Shown: in pieces, positions 24,577 through 37,758 of the stretch
Position numbering within the stretch: the first letter of the stretch is position 1
Layout: every line of letters starts with the position of its first letter
NCBI RefSeq assembly: GCF_006345805.1
Contig: NC_043000.1
Coordinates: 16,988,001-17,052,000, forward strand
Reading direction: 5' to 3'
DNA length: 64,000 nucleotides
From: Octopus sinensis
Lineage: Eukaryota
The notes under the pieces: model-generated
The model's input: only the letters and a program-made list of their open reading frames with translations
What the model was told of the DNA's origin: nothing
Databases searched by the model: none
Translations under genes and position numbers: made by a program

Positions 24577-24959
24577 TGGAGGCGCTATGGCCCAGTGGTT
24601 AGGGCAGTGGACTCGTGGTCATAGGATTGCGGTTTCGATTCCCAGACCGGGCATTGTGAGTGTTTATTGAACGAAAACACCTAAAGCTCCACGAGGCTCC
24701 GGCAGGGGATGGTGGCGATCCCTGCTGTACTCTTTCACCACAACTTTCTCTCACTCTTACTTCCTGTTTCTGTTGTACCTGTATTTCAAGGGGCCGGCCT
24801 TGTCACTCTCTGTGTCACGCTGAATATCCCCGAGAACTACGTTAAGGGTACACATGTCTGTGGAGTGCTCAGCCACTTGCACGTTAATTTCACGAGCAGG
24901 CTGTTCCGTTGATCGGATCAACCGGAACCCTCATCGTCGTAACCGACGGAGTGCTTCCA
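24577..24959 (+). mobile_element. SINE family B (tRNA-derived head), TSD ttgtagtcctg
   Basis: TGGAGGCGC...GTGCTTCCA; direct repeat on both flanks. Confidence 0.93.
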
Positions 24960-25224
24960 TTGTAGTCCTGCGAACAGCATGGCAACCTCAATAGTGAGGG
25001 TGGCATAAAAAAATGTACCCAGTTCATACTGTAAAAACCATGCCAAAGCAGACATTGGACACATTAGTTCCAGTCAAACTGTTCAACCCCTGCCATTATG
25101 GTACCTAGACATTAAATGATGAAGATGATGATAAAGGTTTCTCAAGAAACAACTACCCTGCAAGCATAGTAATATCAGCTTCCAAGAACAGAAACATAAT
25201 AGACAATGTTGTCAGTCAAACAAC

Positions 25225-25265
<41 letters not shown>

Positions 25266-25267
<2 letters not shown>

Positions 25268-25646
25268 AGTACTCCGTCGGTTACGACGATGAGGGTCCCA
25301 GCTGATACGATCAACGGAACAGCCTGCTCGTGGAATTAACGTGCAAGTGGCTGAGCACTCCACAGACACGTGTACCCTTAACGTAGTTCTCGGGGATATT
25401 CAGCGTGACACAGAGAGTGACAAGGCCGGCCCTTTGAAATACAGGTACAACAGAAACAGGAAGAAAGAGTGAGAGAAAGTTGTGGTGAAAGAGTACAGCA
25501 GGGTTCACCACCATCCCCTGCAGGAGCCTCGTGGAGCTTTAGGTGTTTTCGCTCAATAAACACTCACAATGCCCGGTCTGGGTATCGAAACCGCGATCTT
25601 ACGACCGCGAGTCCGCTGCCCTAACCACTGGGCCATTGCGCCTCCA
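25266..25646 (-). mobile_element. SINE family B, TSD gtcaaacaactgccatat
   Basis: Full-length, TSD visible. Confidence 0.93.
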
Positions 25647-27741
25647 CAAGTCAAACAACTGCCATATGTTATAAGGCAATAAGCTGGCAGAATCATTAGC
25701 ACACTGGTCAAAATGCTTAGTGGCATTATACCCCGATTTCAAATTCTGTTGCCAAGGTTGACTTTGTCTTTCATCCTTTCGAGGTCACTAAAAATATGTA
25801 CCATGAGAGTCCATATTTGATCACTCAAGCAGCTAGAAATAGCAATCAAGCTTCCCTCCAATCACAACCTACTGTCTTAAAAAGAAAAAGCGAAAGGAAG
25901 TGAATTAGACAGGATATTCATGGTTGGAATGCCATTGATCATAAATCTGTGCAGTTAGAGTTGATCTGGAGTTAAAATACTACTACTACTACCACCACTA
26001 CTATTCAAGCTGAATATTAACTGTATGAATGTCAAGTCAACCTGTTTGTCTACAAAAGTCAGCAGAGGTTTGTGGGTGTTGATAAAACCAACTTGCCCCC
26101 TCCCTCAAAACTGCTGGTCTCATGCCAAAATTCGAACCCACTATCTGACTGGTTCTTTATGTCATCGACTCAGGAAGAATGAAACCAAAATTGATCTCAC
26201 TGAAATTTGAACTCGCAATGTAAAGAGTTGGAATATTAAATGTAAAAAAAATAATTCCTCATCTTAGAAATTCAGGCAAAACATATATTTGTTTGTTTGA
26301 TTTTATGCGTTTATGTCTATGCTAGCATGGATGAGATGAATATAGTACTGAGGCATTGTTTTACAGTCGGATGCACTTCCTGTCACTAACCCTCACCTGT
26401 TTGTCAAGTAAGGGATACTTTATTCCACATACTGAAAACAGAAAGCCAGTAGACACCCCTAATGACATGTGAGTAATATTACTGCCCCTTAATCTGAGTA
26501 ATTTTCAGATAAGCACAAATATAAACAAACACACACACCTTCATCCTAACTTTTAATATCTCCCTTGTATAATACCCTATAATCTTAGAAAAAAAAAAAA
26601 ACAAAGAGGAAGGATATATTAGATAATGTAGTCCTAGGTACACTATGCCCCTTCCTGCACACCTGCCACACACACACACACACGGAATGTTTTTGATAAT
26701 GCCTTTGATCAAAAGTTTGTCTACTCTGTCAGAGCTGACTCGGGGTTAAGGGACATCTTTTCAATGGTATCAGAGTCATTTAGATTTTACATTTGTTAGT
26801 CACAAGAACAAGGACACACCCACAAACCTCTGCTGACTTTTCTAGACAAACAGGTTGGCTTGACATTCATACAGTTTATATTCAGCTTGAATAGTAGTAG
26901 TAGTAGTAGTAGTATTTTAGCTCCAGATCAGCCTTAACTGCGCAGTTTTATGATCAATGGCATTCCAACCATGAATATCCTGTCTGATGCTTTCTTTCTT
27001 TCTCTTTTTCCATTCAAGACAGTAGGTTGTGATTGGAGGGAAGTTTGACTGCTATTTCTAGCTGGTTGGGTGATCAGATACAGACTCCCATGGTTCGCAT
27101 AGCAGGTTTAGTAATGCCGAAGGGATTATGGGAGAGGCAGTGGTTTTGTCGTGGTAGGTTGCGGTATTCAGTATTGTGCGAAGAAACGATTGGACAGCAT
27201 CCAATAGTTCAATACGCAGTCTAGTTCAGCAGGACAGGCGAAAGGAGAGAGAGAGAGAGGGAAGGAGGGATTACAGAAGAAAGATAAGAGGGTGGGTGGG
27301 TGGAGTGTTACATAGTGTTGGTTTAAGTGTAGGTGAATAAAAATATAGTGTCAATTGGTTCAAAGAGAGACAAAGATCACTGTTGTGGTGGTGTTGGAGT
27401 TAATAGCTGTGTTGGTAATATTAGTAGAAGTGGCAATAGTAATAGTAGTAGTGGTGGTGGTGGTGGTGGTAGTAGTAGTAGTCGTGACAGTGGAGGTAGT
27501 AGCAGCAGTAATGGTAGTGGTGGTAAGTAATAGATAAACAGATAAGAAATTTTTTACATTGGCAGAAGGCCATTGAATTGACTCATTATTGAATTTCGTA
27601 CATTACTGGTAACAAGATTTACAAGCTACAGATAAAGGCGTCTATCTACAGGCTTGCTTAATCTGCTAGAAACAGCAACCAGATCTGCCCCCCCACCCAA
27701 ATCACATCATGTTAACATAAAATGACAGAGATACTCAAGAC

Positions 27742-28807
27742 CAGGGGTTCTCAACAATTTTTTTTTTTTACAGTGGACCCCTTCGATTACTATTTTATTC
27801 TGGTGGACCCTCCACCACCACCACCCCATAGCCATTCAATGTTTAATAACTAGTTTTATAGGAATTCCTATTTTGTTTTCTTTATATTCTTCTTTACGTT
27901 AGATATACAGATTTAACGAAGCGGGGGATAGACACAACTATCTTCACATGATGTACTTCAAATTACTCCACTAAACACAATACTCCAAAAAAATACAAGT
28001 TCTCAACAATCTCAATGACTCCTACAACCTTTCCCCTTCTCAGCCAATACACTAATTTTTATAAGAATCCGGCTAGTCCATTCTTCCAATCCCACAGGGG
28101 TGTCAATGATTCTTGCCACAACAGTTTTTCACACATTAACTTCATCACCATCATCATCATCGTTTAATGTTTGCTTTCCATGCTGGCATGGGTTGGCTGA
28201 TTTGACAGAGGACTGGCAAGCAAGGAGGCTGCACCAGGCTCTAATCTGATCTGGCAAGGTTTCTACAGCTGGATGCTCTTCCTAATGTCAACCACTCAGA
28301 GTGTAGTGGGTGGTTTTTACATGCCACCAGCATGGAGGCCAGTCAGGCGGCACTGGCATTGACCAAGCTCAAATGGTGCTTTTTACATGCCACTGGCATG
28401 GGAGCCAGTCGGGCAGCATTGACCACACTCAAATGGTGCTTTTTATGTGCCACTGGCGTGGGAGCCAGTCAAGTGGAACTCATCATCATCATCATTTAAC
28501 GTCCGCTTGAATGATGATGATGATGAGTTCCACTTGACTGGCTCCCACGCCGGTGGCACATAAAAAGCACCATTTGAGTGTGGTCAATGCTGCCCGACTG
28601 GCTCCCATGCCAGTGGCATGTAAAAAGCACCATTTGAGCTTGGTGGTATATGTAAAATGTGAGAGAAACAAACCTAGCTGTTTCTTGCATTACATACCAA
28701 TACATACATCTAAAGCAAAATTTTTTCATTAGCCCTTAAAATAATATTGTTATTTTGTTGCGTGGAACCCGCAAAAATCTTTTGTGGACCCCAGTCGAGA
28801 ACCACTT
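27742..28807 (+). mobile_element. hAT-type MITE with nested family D insertion
   Basis: CAGGGGTTCTCAAC...GTCGAGAACCACTT; flanks ctcaagac / ctctagac. Confidence 0.7.
28362..28644. repeat. Near-perfect palindrome of family D sequence (about 135-bp arms, 1 mismatch)
   Basis: Arms pair around TTAACGTCCGCTTG. Confidence 0.95.
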
Positions 28808-28815
28808 CTCTAGAC

Positions 28816-29069
28816 CAATGGTTTTCAACCAGGGCTTGTATGAACCTTGGGAGTCCTTATAAAATTTTGTAGTTAGAATTTATCCACAATAAATTGCTTA
28901 TACTTGTAACAATACACAAAATATTTTAACAATTTCTTTCATACAGTTGTTAACAACACTTCATTATAAAACTACAAGATCTTTTAAAACATTGAATGGC
29001 TATGATGGCCCACCTGAGTAAAATAAGAATCAAAGGGGCCCACAGACAAAGAATGGTTGAGAAACACTG
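28816..29069 (+). mobile_element. hAT-type MITE
   Basis: CAATGGTTTTCAACC...GGTTGAGAAACACTG; flanks ctctagac / ctctaaac. Confidence 0.8.
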
Positions 29070-29524
29070 CTCTAAACAATATAATCCTGAGTGTACAAAA
29101 TGCAGATGGCTGTAGTTGAAAAGTCTGACCTAGGGCTAAACCAGACTACTATATTGTGGTTACTGTTGTATAGCCCTAGGTTAGTCTCAATGATGGTTCA
29201 GTACTTGACTGTAAGAGAGAGCAGTAGAGAGATGGTGGCAAAATGCTAGGCATACTCAGAAGGGACGGGGATCAGAATATGAATGGGATGGTCGAGTAAA
29301 GGAAGAGAGAAAGAGATGGTGGCAAGTATCAGGGCATACCCTTGAGGTAGAAAGTCATAATGTGTGGCAGGGTATTGCCAAAGGAGTGTGAGTAGAGTGG
29401 AGTAGGGGAATGTAGTAAATGGTGAAAACCTGGGAATCAAACTTCTTTTAAATAATACATGTAACTCCTGCTAAAGTTGTTGAGTGCCTTTTTCTTTTGT
29501 ACACTCACTCATGTGATATATATA

Positions 29525-29909
29525 TGGAAGCACTCCGTCGGTTACGGCGACGAGGGTTCCGGCTGATCTGAATCAACGGAACAGCCTGCTCGTGAAATTA
29601 ACGTGTAAATGGCTGAGCACTCCACAGACACGTGTACACTTAACGTAGTTCTCGGGGATATTCAGTGTGACACAGAGAGTGACAAGGCCGACCCTTTGAA
29701 ATACAGGTACAACAGAAACAGGAAGTAAGAGAGAGAGAAAGTTGTGGTGAAAGAGTACAGCAGGGATCACCACCATCCCCTGCCAGAGCCTTGTGGAGCT
29801 TTTAGGTGTTTTCGCTCAATAAACACTCACAACGCCCGGTCTGGGAATCGAAACTGCGATCCTATGACCGCGAGTCCGCTGCCCTAACCACTGGGCCATT
29901 GCGCCTCCA
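29525..29909 (-). mobile_element. SINE family B, TSD cactcactcatgt
   Basis: Full-length, TSD visible. Confidence 0.93.
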
Positions 29910-29942
29910 CACTCACTCATGTATGTAATGTAATGTAATGTA

Positions 29943-29983
<41 letters not shown>

Positions 29984-29984
<1 letters not shown>

Positions 29985-30354
29985 TAGCAGTATCACCCGG
30001 TGTTGCTTGGGTTTGTTTCAACCCTTTAGAATTGGAATTTTTGAAAAGTAAAAATTTTGCATTATGCAAATTGTTATTCTCTTCAAGTGAACATTTTTCC
30101 AGTTGAAATACACCGAAAAATGGTGACACAGCAGTCAAAAATCGTAAAAAATAGGGATTTTCATAGAAAAAAAGCACCTTTTTGATGTAAATAATTTTTG
30201 GTGTTAATATGGTCCAATTTGAATTGGAGCAAGCCTTCTTCTATCATACTCTCAATTTTGGTCAACTTGCGCTGCAGGGTCTTGAAGGAGATAGTGTTAG
30301 TTGAAGGCTACCAAACCTGCCACACACACACAACTTCAGCTTTATATATATAGA
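29984..30354 (-). mobile_element. Non-autonomous Helitron with the same termini but a different interior
   Basis: A|CTAGCAGTATCACCCGGTGTTGCTTGGG...CAACTTCAGCTTTATATATATAGA|T. Confidence 0.85.
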
Positions 30355-30432
30355 TTTGCTACACATTACTTTCCATCCTTAATAATGAAACTTGGTAGAT
30401 CCAAAAGTTAAACACACAGACACACAAGTTGA

Positions 30433-30468
<36 letters not shown>

Positions 30469-31219
30469 TAATCCAAACAAGAAAACAAAAAGACAACAAC
30501 GCAAGGATGTGGAACAAATAAAGTATTATTGGACGCTCAGGAAAGGAGGGAAGATATATATATATACATATATATATATATATGAGAGAGAGAGAAAGAA
30601 AGAGAGAGAGAGGGGGGGGGCTCTAAACTATATATTATGATTGTATATTCAACAGAAATGCATGCACAGCAGATAACCATTAGTAGCCAATCTAATGCTA
30701 CAGATAGGACTCATGCTATTAACTGAAATCCAATTATTGCATGAAGTTATGAAACACTGCACCAGAGTGGTTCTGCAAGTTTTTACAACAGCTGATAAAT
30801 TCTAGCTCAGTGCTTGCCTCAAATTCTTAATGTACCACAACACATCTGCTACTACTGAAAACCCTTGAAATGACTCGTTAAGCTTTTGACAAACCCTCTA
30901 TGGAGTGGATGCTGGTTTTTTAAGGTGGTACATGCATGGTTGTATGTTGTTTCAAGATAGGAGTGCTTAGGGCAAGGTACCAACGGCAAAATGCTAGGAA
31001 ATGGTGGTGGTGGTGGTGGTGGTGGAGGGGGGTAGAGAATTCAAGAATCATTGATGTGGACCCTTGCAAAGCAATGTCATTTCCCTTACATGATTGCAAC
31101 ATATCTTCCTCAATAAACTCCTACCAACCCATGCAAGCATGGAAAAACAGACATTACAATTATGATGATGAGTTAGTATTCATTATGTTTTTCAGAGTAT
31201 TATTTCCATAACATAATAC

Positions 31220-31256
<37 letters not shown>

Positions 31257-31484
31257 GACACGGGGCTGCAGAGTTGGGACCTAAAACCTTTAATTCTAAC
31301 TCATCAATTTATGGGACCATTCACTGACTGGGACTCCTCTATTTGTATTTAGACTAACAACATATTTCTTATATTGATTGAAAGCACACAACATACATGA
31401 ACTAAGTGAATCATTAGGTTAATCAAACACAGTGTTTCTCAACTACTTTTTTTTTTATCTGTAGACCCCCATTGCCACTCTCTT

Positions 31485-31882
31485 TACTCTTTTTTACTCT
31501 TTTACTTGTTTCAGTCATTTGACTGCGGCCATGCTGGAGCACCGCCTTTCGTCGAGCAAATCGACCCCAGGACTTATTCTTTGTAAGCCCAGTATTTATT
31601 CTATCGGTATCTTTTGCCGAACCGCTAAGTGACGGGGACGTAAACACACCAGCATCGGTTGTCAGGCAATGCTAGGGGGACAAACACACACACATACATA
31701 TATATATATATACATATATATGACGGGCTTCTTTCAGTTTCCGTCTACCAAATCCACTCACAAGGCATTGGTCGGCCCGGGGCTATAGCAGAAGACACTT
31801 GCCCAAGATGCCACGCAGTGGGACTGAACCCGGAACCATGTGGTTGGTTAGCAAGCTACTTACCACACAGCCACTCCTGCTC
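31485..31882 (-). mobile_element. SINE family A, young
   Basis: Near consensus. Confidence 0.92.
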
Positions 31883-32023
31883 CTAGTTTTATAGATATTT
31901 CTTACAAAATCGACCAATATTTTGCTTTTCGCACATTAACTTGTGTAGGTTGAACTATGTATAAAACATTAGAGAAAGAAACTTAGTTGTTTCTTGCAAT
32001 AAATACATCTAAAGCAAAATTAA

Positions 32024-32419
32024 CAGGAGTGGCTGTGTGGTAAGTAGCTTGCTTACCAACCACATGGTTCCAGGTTCATTCCCACTGCATGGGCAAGCGT
32101 TTTCTAATATAGCCTCGGGCCGACCAAAACCTTGTGAGTGGATTTGATAGACGGAAACTAAAGGAAGCCCATCGTATGTGTGTATATATATATATATATT
32201 ATATATATATATATGTGTGTGTGTGTATATGTTTGTCCTCCCAACATCGCTTGACAACTGATGCTGGTGTGTTTACGTCTCTGTCACTTAGCGGCTCGGC
32301 AAAAGAAACCGACAGAATAAGTACTAGGCTTCCAAAGAATAAGTCCTGGGGTCAATTTGCTCGACTAAAGGTGGTGCTCCAGCATGGCTGCAGTCAAATG
32401 ACTGAAACAAGTAAAAGAG
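32024..32419 (+). mobile_element. SINE family A, inserted into a hAT-MITE remnant
   Basis: Flanked by hAT internal sequence and a terminus (GTTGAGAACCAGTG about 32528). Confidence 0.85.
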
Positions 32420-34446
32420 TATATTACTGTGGATCCCCAATTTACAATTTTGCTTGCATGGACCCCCATCAAAATCTTATATGAACTCCCTTCACCCCAG
32501 GGGTTATATGGACTCGTTGAGAACCAGTGCTCTAACCTGTTGAAGTTTGGGTTTAAAAGCTACACAGCTATACTGTTGTGGCTTTTTTTTCATATTAAAA
32601 ATTGAAGAAGTTACAAGCAATTAAGCGTAAGAAAAAACTTACAGGATAGTAAAAAAAAAAGTAGCTGTTTTGAGCAAAAAGGATATAAAAGAAATAGATA
32701 ATAAAAATACTACAAAAATATAAGGAGTAACCAGTTAAGAAATCTGAAGTATTCGCATTGCAGTTAAAATTTATAGGTTGAAAACCACAAGAAACTTAAT
32801 GAAGGCCATTTTAAAAAGAATAAACTCAATTAGATACAGAATCTTTCTTTTCAAGATTAAAAATATTGTTTGAACATAAAATTTAAGTGAATGTAACATG
32901 AAGTATAAAATAGCTTCAATGAAATAAAATTTATATTGGAAAAAGATTGTAAAGTTTATACCTACAAAATTTCTTAAAAGAAACATATGTATCAATAGAA
33001 CAGGACGGGATGTGGGTTAAATAAAAAAAATTCTTAATCCTTTCTACTATAGGCACAAGGCCTGAAATTGTGGGTTGGGGGACTCAATTATATTGACCTC
33101 GGTACTCAATTGGTACTTATTTTATTGATCTTGAAAGGATAAAAAGACAAAGTTGTCCTCAGTGGAATTTGAACTTAGAACTTAAAGATAAAGTCTGGAG
33201 TGCTAACTATTCAACCAGCTTGCTGCCTTGATCTTAAAACTTAAAATCTTGTTTTTAGAAACAGAATTCCTTTTATCAGACCTTCCTTCACAGAAGCCCT
33301 TAAATCTGGTTTGATAAGCGCCAGTGTAGAATGCAGTCAAATTAGCATTTGTGAAATTGGAAATTTTAACACATTGAATTATACTTTATATTTAGTAAGA
33401 ATTGGCACACTATCAATTCTAATTCCATTAACCCTTTAATTGCTTCCAACTCTTAACCCCAAGATTCTGATGCAACAACTCAGTGAGAATGGAGGGGGGA
33501 GAGAAAGAGAGAGAGAGAAGCAGGTTTAGCAAGAAAGGATAAAAAAAAAAAGCATGTTCAAATTATTTCTCTCACTCTCGACATCTCATTCTTCAACAAC
33601 TTTAGCATTCCTATATCATAAAACACTAGCAGTAAAATCTATCAATTCCTCTCCAATGTTTTTTTCCTTCATCTATAAGTAAGGCCTTATGGTACTAAAA
33701 TAGTTTCTTATACCGTGAGAGGTGTTGACTGTTTCAATACTTGACACTCAACTTGAGAAAAACAAAACAACGAAAATAAAACCCAATTGTTATTCCTTTA
33801 GTTAATCCAAACTTAATCATAAATTAATTAATTCTATAATTACTTGGATGACTGAAATACCTGAAGGAGTTTCAGTTAAAATACTTGGATACTTTCTGAC
33901 TAATGGTTTCTTACTTAACATTTTTTCTTACCGACGTGCCTGAGAACCTCCCCCCCCCAACCGACTCTCCATCTCTCCTCCCTGATACAAGTTATAAACT
34001 CACAGGAAACCAGCCGTAAACTTGTTTAAAATTACGATAAAACTACAAGTGGGATGAATGAAAACATGCAATTTTTCAGCTGATGAAATTTCTATAATTA
34101 TTTTTCTCTAGAAAATTAAGTTTTAAACACCAAGCTTAAGCCCTTTAATAATCCTTAGGCACAAGGCCTGAAATTTTGTAAGATGGAGGTAGTCGGTCAC
34201 ATTGACTCCAGTACTTGATTGGTACTTAATTTATCAACCCTGAAAAGATGAAAGGCAAAGTTGACCTTGGTAGAATTTGAACTCAGAACATAAAGACTGA
34301 CAAAATGCCGCTAAGCATTCAATAATAAACTCATTCAAGAGTACTAAGATTAAGGTGTAATACTAAGGCCACCATCACCATCATATACCTGTTTTCCATG
34401 CTGGCATGGGCTGGACAGTAAGGTGTTCATATATAAACAAGAACAA

Positions 34447-34677
34447 GGCGGCAAGCTGGCAGAAACGTTAGCACGCCGGGCGAAATGCGTTGCCGTATTT
34501 CGTCTGCCGTTACGTTCCGAGTTCAAATTCCGCCGAGGTCGACTTTGCCGTTCATCCTTCCGGGGTCGATAAATTAAGTACCAGTTACGCACTGGGGTCG
34601 ATGTAATCGACTTAATCCATTTGTCTGTCCTTGTTTGTCTCCTCTGTGTTTAGCCCCTTGTGGGTAGTAAAGAAATA
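34447..34677 (+). mobile_element. SINE family C
   Basis: Full-length. Confidence 0.9.
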
Positions 34678-34755
34678 TATCTAAAGAAGAACATTGATTG
34701 AAATTTTATCATTATACACATGCTATAAGGCAGTGAGCTGGCAGGCTCATTAGAG

Positions 34756-34974
34756 CAGTGCTTTTCAAACTTTTTGCTGGAGCGGAACCCCAAGGAAACA
34801 TTCCACTGGCTCGAGGAACCCCTGTGCAATAATTTAATAGTCTTATGCACACATATCTGCACAGGAGAATTAAAAATTACTGCCGATTTTAGCAGTTTTG
34901 TAACTTCTTGCGGAAACCCTGGACTGTACTGGCGGAACCCTAAGGTTCCATGGAACCCTGGTTGAAAACCACTG
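34756..34974 (+). mobile_element. hAT-type MITE with perfect 8-bp TSD cattagag
   Basis: CAGTGCTTTTCAAAC...GTTGAAAACCACTG. Confidence 0.9.
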
Positions 34975-35019
34975 CATTAGAGCATTGGAAAGGAGACTTT
35001 GTGGTATTTGTTCCAACTC

Positions 35020-35393
35020 TTTACTCTCCTCTTTTACTCTTTTACTTGTTTCAGTCATTTGACTGTGGCCATGCTGGAGCACCACCTTTAGTCGAGCAAA
35101 TCGACCCCGGGACTTATTCTTTGTAAGCCCAGTACTTATTCTATCGGTCTCTTTTGCCGAACCGCTAAGTGACGGGGACGTAAACACAGACACACACGCA
35201 TACATATATATATATATATATACATATATACGACAGGCTTCTTTCAGTTTCCGTCTACCAAATCCACTCACAAGGCATTGGTCGGCCCGGGGCTATAGCA
35301 GAAGACACTTGCCCAAGATGCCACACAGTGGGACTGAACCCGGAACCATGTGGTTGGTTAGCAAGCTACTTACCACACAGCCACTCCTGTGCC
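35020..35393 (-). mobile_element. SINE family A, young
   Basis: Near consensus. Confidence 0.9.
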
Positions 35394-35656
35394 TTTACAT
35401 TCTGAGTTCAAATCCCACCAAGGTCAACTTTGCCTTTTATCCGTTCAGAGTCGATACTGGGACCGATGATATCAACTATGTCCCTATCTTCAAAATTGTT
35501 AGCCTCAAGCTGGAATCAGAAATTTATTACCAGTAATGATAATCCATGCTTCCAGTGGATAGACACTGGTTTACTTCTAAACACTGACTTTATATACTAA
35601 TAAACAAATCAAGCCAACAAAAGTTCCTTTATATGGTCACTCAACCTACTAAAAAT

Positions 35657-35823
35657 AGCAGACCATACTGGAGCACTGCCTTAAAGGGTTTTAAGAGAAT
35701 TGATCCTAGGACTTAGTACTTATTCTATTGGTCTCTTTTACCAAACCGATAATTAAGTTACAGGGATGTAAACACACTTGTCAAATGATGGGGGAGGAGG
35801 TAAACACACACACACACATACAT

Positions 35824-35858
<35 letters not shown>

Positions 35859-36010
35859 ATAGGCTTCTTTCAGTTTCTGTCTACCAAATCCACTCACAAG
35901 GCTTTGGTCGGCCCAAGGCTATAGAAGAAGATATTTGCCTAAGGTGCCATACAGTGGGACTGAACCCAGGACCATATGGTTGAGAAGCAAGCTATTTACC
36001 ACACAATCAT
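35657..36010 (-). mobile_element. SINE family A, diverged
   Basis: Colinear with consensus. Confidence 0.75.
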
Positions 36011-36285
36011 GCCTGTATGTTTGTATAATGTCTTCCTCTCCCTCTTTCTCAATCTGTTTGTATATCTATCTCTCTGCATGCATTTGTGTGTGTGTGTGTT
36101 TGCACGTGCATACGTGTTTCTCTCCAGCACCAAAATGTGCTGTCACCAAAACAGGTCAAATGTCCAGTCAGCCATGTCAAATCACCAGTGTCCAAACAGC
36201 CATTCCCCAATCTTTCCATTCTGTGTCATCAGCAAGAATCTCAGAAATCCAGGAGGAGGGAATAACTGATGATATCGGCCATAGT

Positions 36286-36687
36286 GGCGCAGGAGTGGCT
36301 GTGTGGTAAGTAGCTTGCCTACCAACCACATGGTTCTGAGTTCAGTCCCACTGCGTGGCATCTTGGGCAAGTGTCTTCTGCTATAGCCTCGGGCCGACCA
36401 ATGCCTTGTGAGTGGATTTCGTAGACGGAAACTGAAAGAAGCCTGTCGTATATATGTATGTATGTGTATGTATATGTTTGTGTGTCTGTGTGTGTCCCCT
36501 AGCATTGCTTGACAACCGACGCTGGTGTGTTTACGTCCCCGTCACTTAGCGGTTCGGCAAAAGAGACCGATAGAAAAAGTACTGGGCTTACAAAGAATAA
36601 GTCCCGGGGTCGTTTCGCTCGACTAAAGGCGGTGCTCCAGCATGGCCGCAGTCAAATGACTGAAACCAGTAAAAGAGTAAAAGAGTA
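36286..36687 (+). mobile_element. SINE family A, young
   Basis: Near consensus. Confidence 0.92.
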
Positions 36688-37284
36688 ATAGTATTTGGCT
36701 GATTCTTATTTTATCAACCGTGGTAGAACAAAAGGCAAAGCTGTCTCGGTGGGAATTTGAACACAGATTATGACGGTCTGAAACAAACAAACACCACAAG
36801 GTATTTTGCCTGATGCTCAAATGATTCTGTCCTAGATGAGTTCTAACATTAAACATGAAGGACAAAAACATTAGAGGCACATAAAGTTAATAGGCTTAAT
36901 TCCTCACCTGTTTTAAAACTGCCACCTAGCTGATGGGTAATTGGTTAAACTGACCCCAGTATATAACTGTTACTTATTTCACTTAATCTCCCACCTGCCA
37001 GAGGCAAAGTCAACACCTGTAGGATAGAAACTCAGAATGCATAATTGTAGGGCTGAATATTGGTTTAAAATTTTGGCACAAGGTCAGTAATTTCAAGGGA
37101 GTGGGGTAAGATGATTACATCAATTTCAGAGTTTAACTAGTACTTATTTTATCGATGCTGAAAGGCTAAGTCAACCTCGGCAGAATCTGAACTCAGAACA
37201 TAAAAATGGCTGAAAAGCTGCTAAGCATTTTACCTGGTGTGCTAACGATCCTTCCAGCTCACTGCCTTTTATTGGACTGACTCA

Positions 37285-37525
37285 TCATCGTTCATCATCA
37301 TTTAACGTCCACTTTCCATGCTAGCATGGGTTGGACGATTTTGACTGAGGGCTAGTGAACCAGATGGCTGCACCAGGCTCCAATCTTGATCTGGCAGAGT
37401 TTCTACAGCTGGATACCCTTCCTAACGCCTACTACTCTGAGAGTGTAGTGGGTGCTTTTTACGTGCCACTGGCACGGGGGCCAGTCAGGCGGTACTGGCA
37501 ATGACCTCACTCAAATCTATTGCCA
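37285..37525 (-). mobile_element. Family D element
   Basis: (CAT)n-TTAACGTCC start and D core. Confidence 0.8.
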
Positions 37526-37758
37526 AGAATGTAATACAACACTTCTGTTTGGCATTCTATGCTCAAAAGTTTTCAAATTTACTTTTTACCATTCAAAGGT
37601 TGATAACATACAGTATCAGTCAAACACAGCAATCAGTCTAACTCTCTGTATTTTCCACCCTAAATTGGTAGCTTTGTGGCTATATAAGAAATAATTATTA
37701 CCATTATTAATAGCAGTCAGTCAGTAGAATTCGTAGGATGGCAGACAAAATGCTTTAA

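Noticed and set aside
24577-24650. tRNA genes (heads of B, A and C copies)
   Set aside because: They continue into SINE bodies with TSDs and lack proper acceptor stems and Pol III terminators.
24660-24912. Recurrent ORFs MFIERKHLK... / MVVIPAVLFHHNF...
   Set aside because: They recur only because they lie inside SINE B; there is no sign of a protein domain.
26540-26584. 45-nt open minus-strand exon IIGYYTREILKVRMK
   Set aside because: AAG acceptor and a weak GTGTGT donor derived from a microsatellite.
33855-33880. cttcag|gtattt as a recursive site
   Set aside because: Short pyrimidine tract and weak donor; expected by chance.
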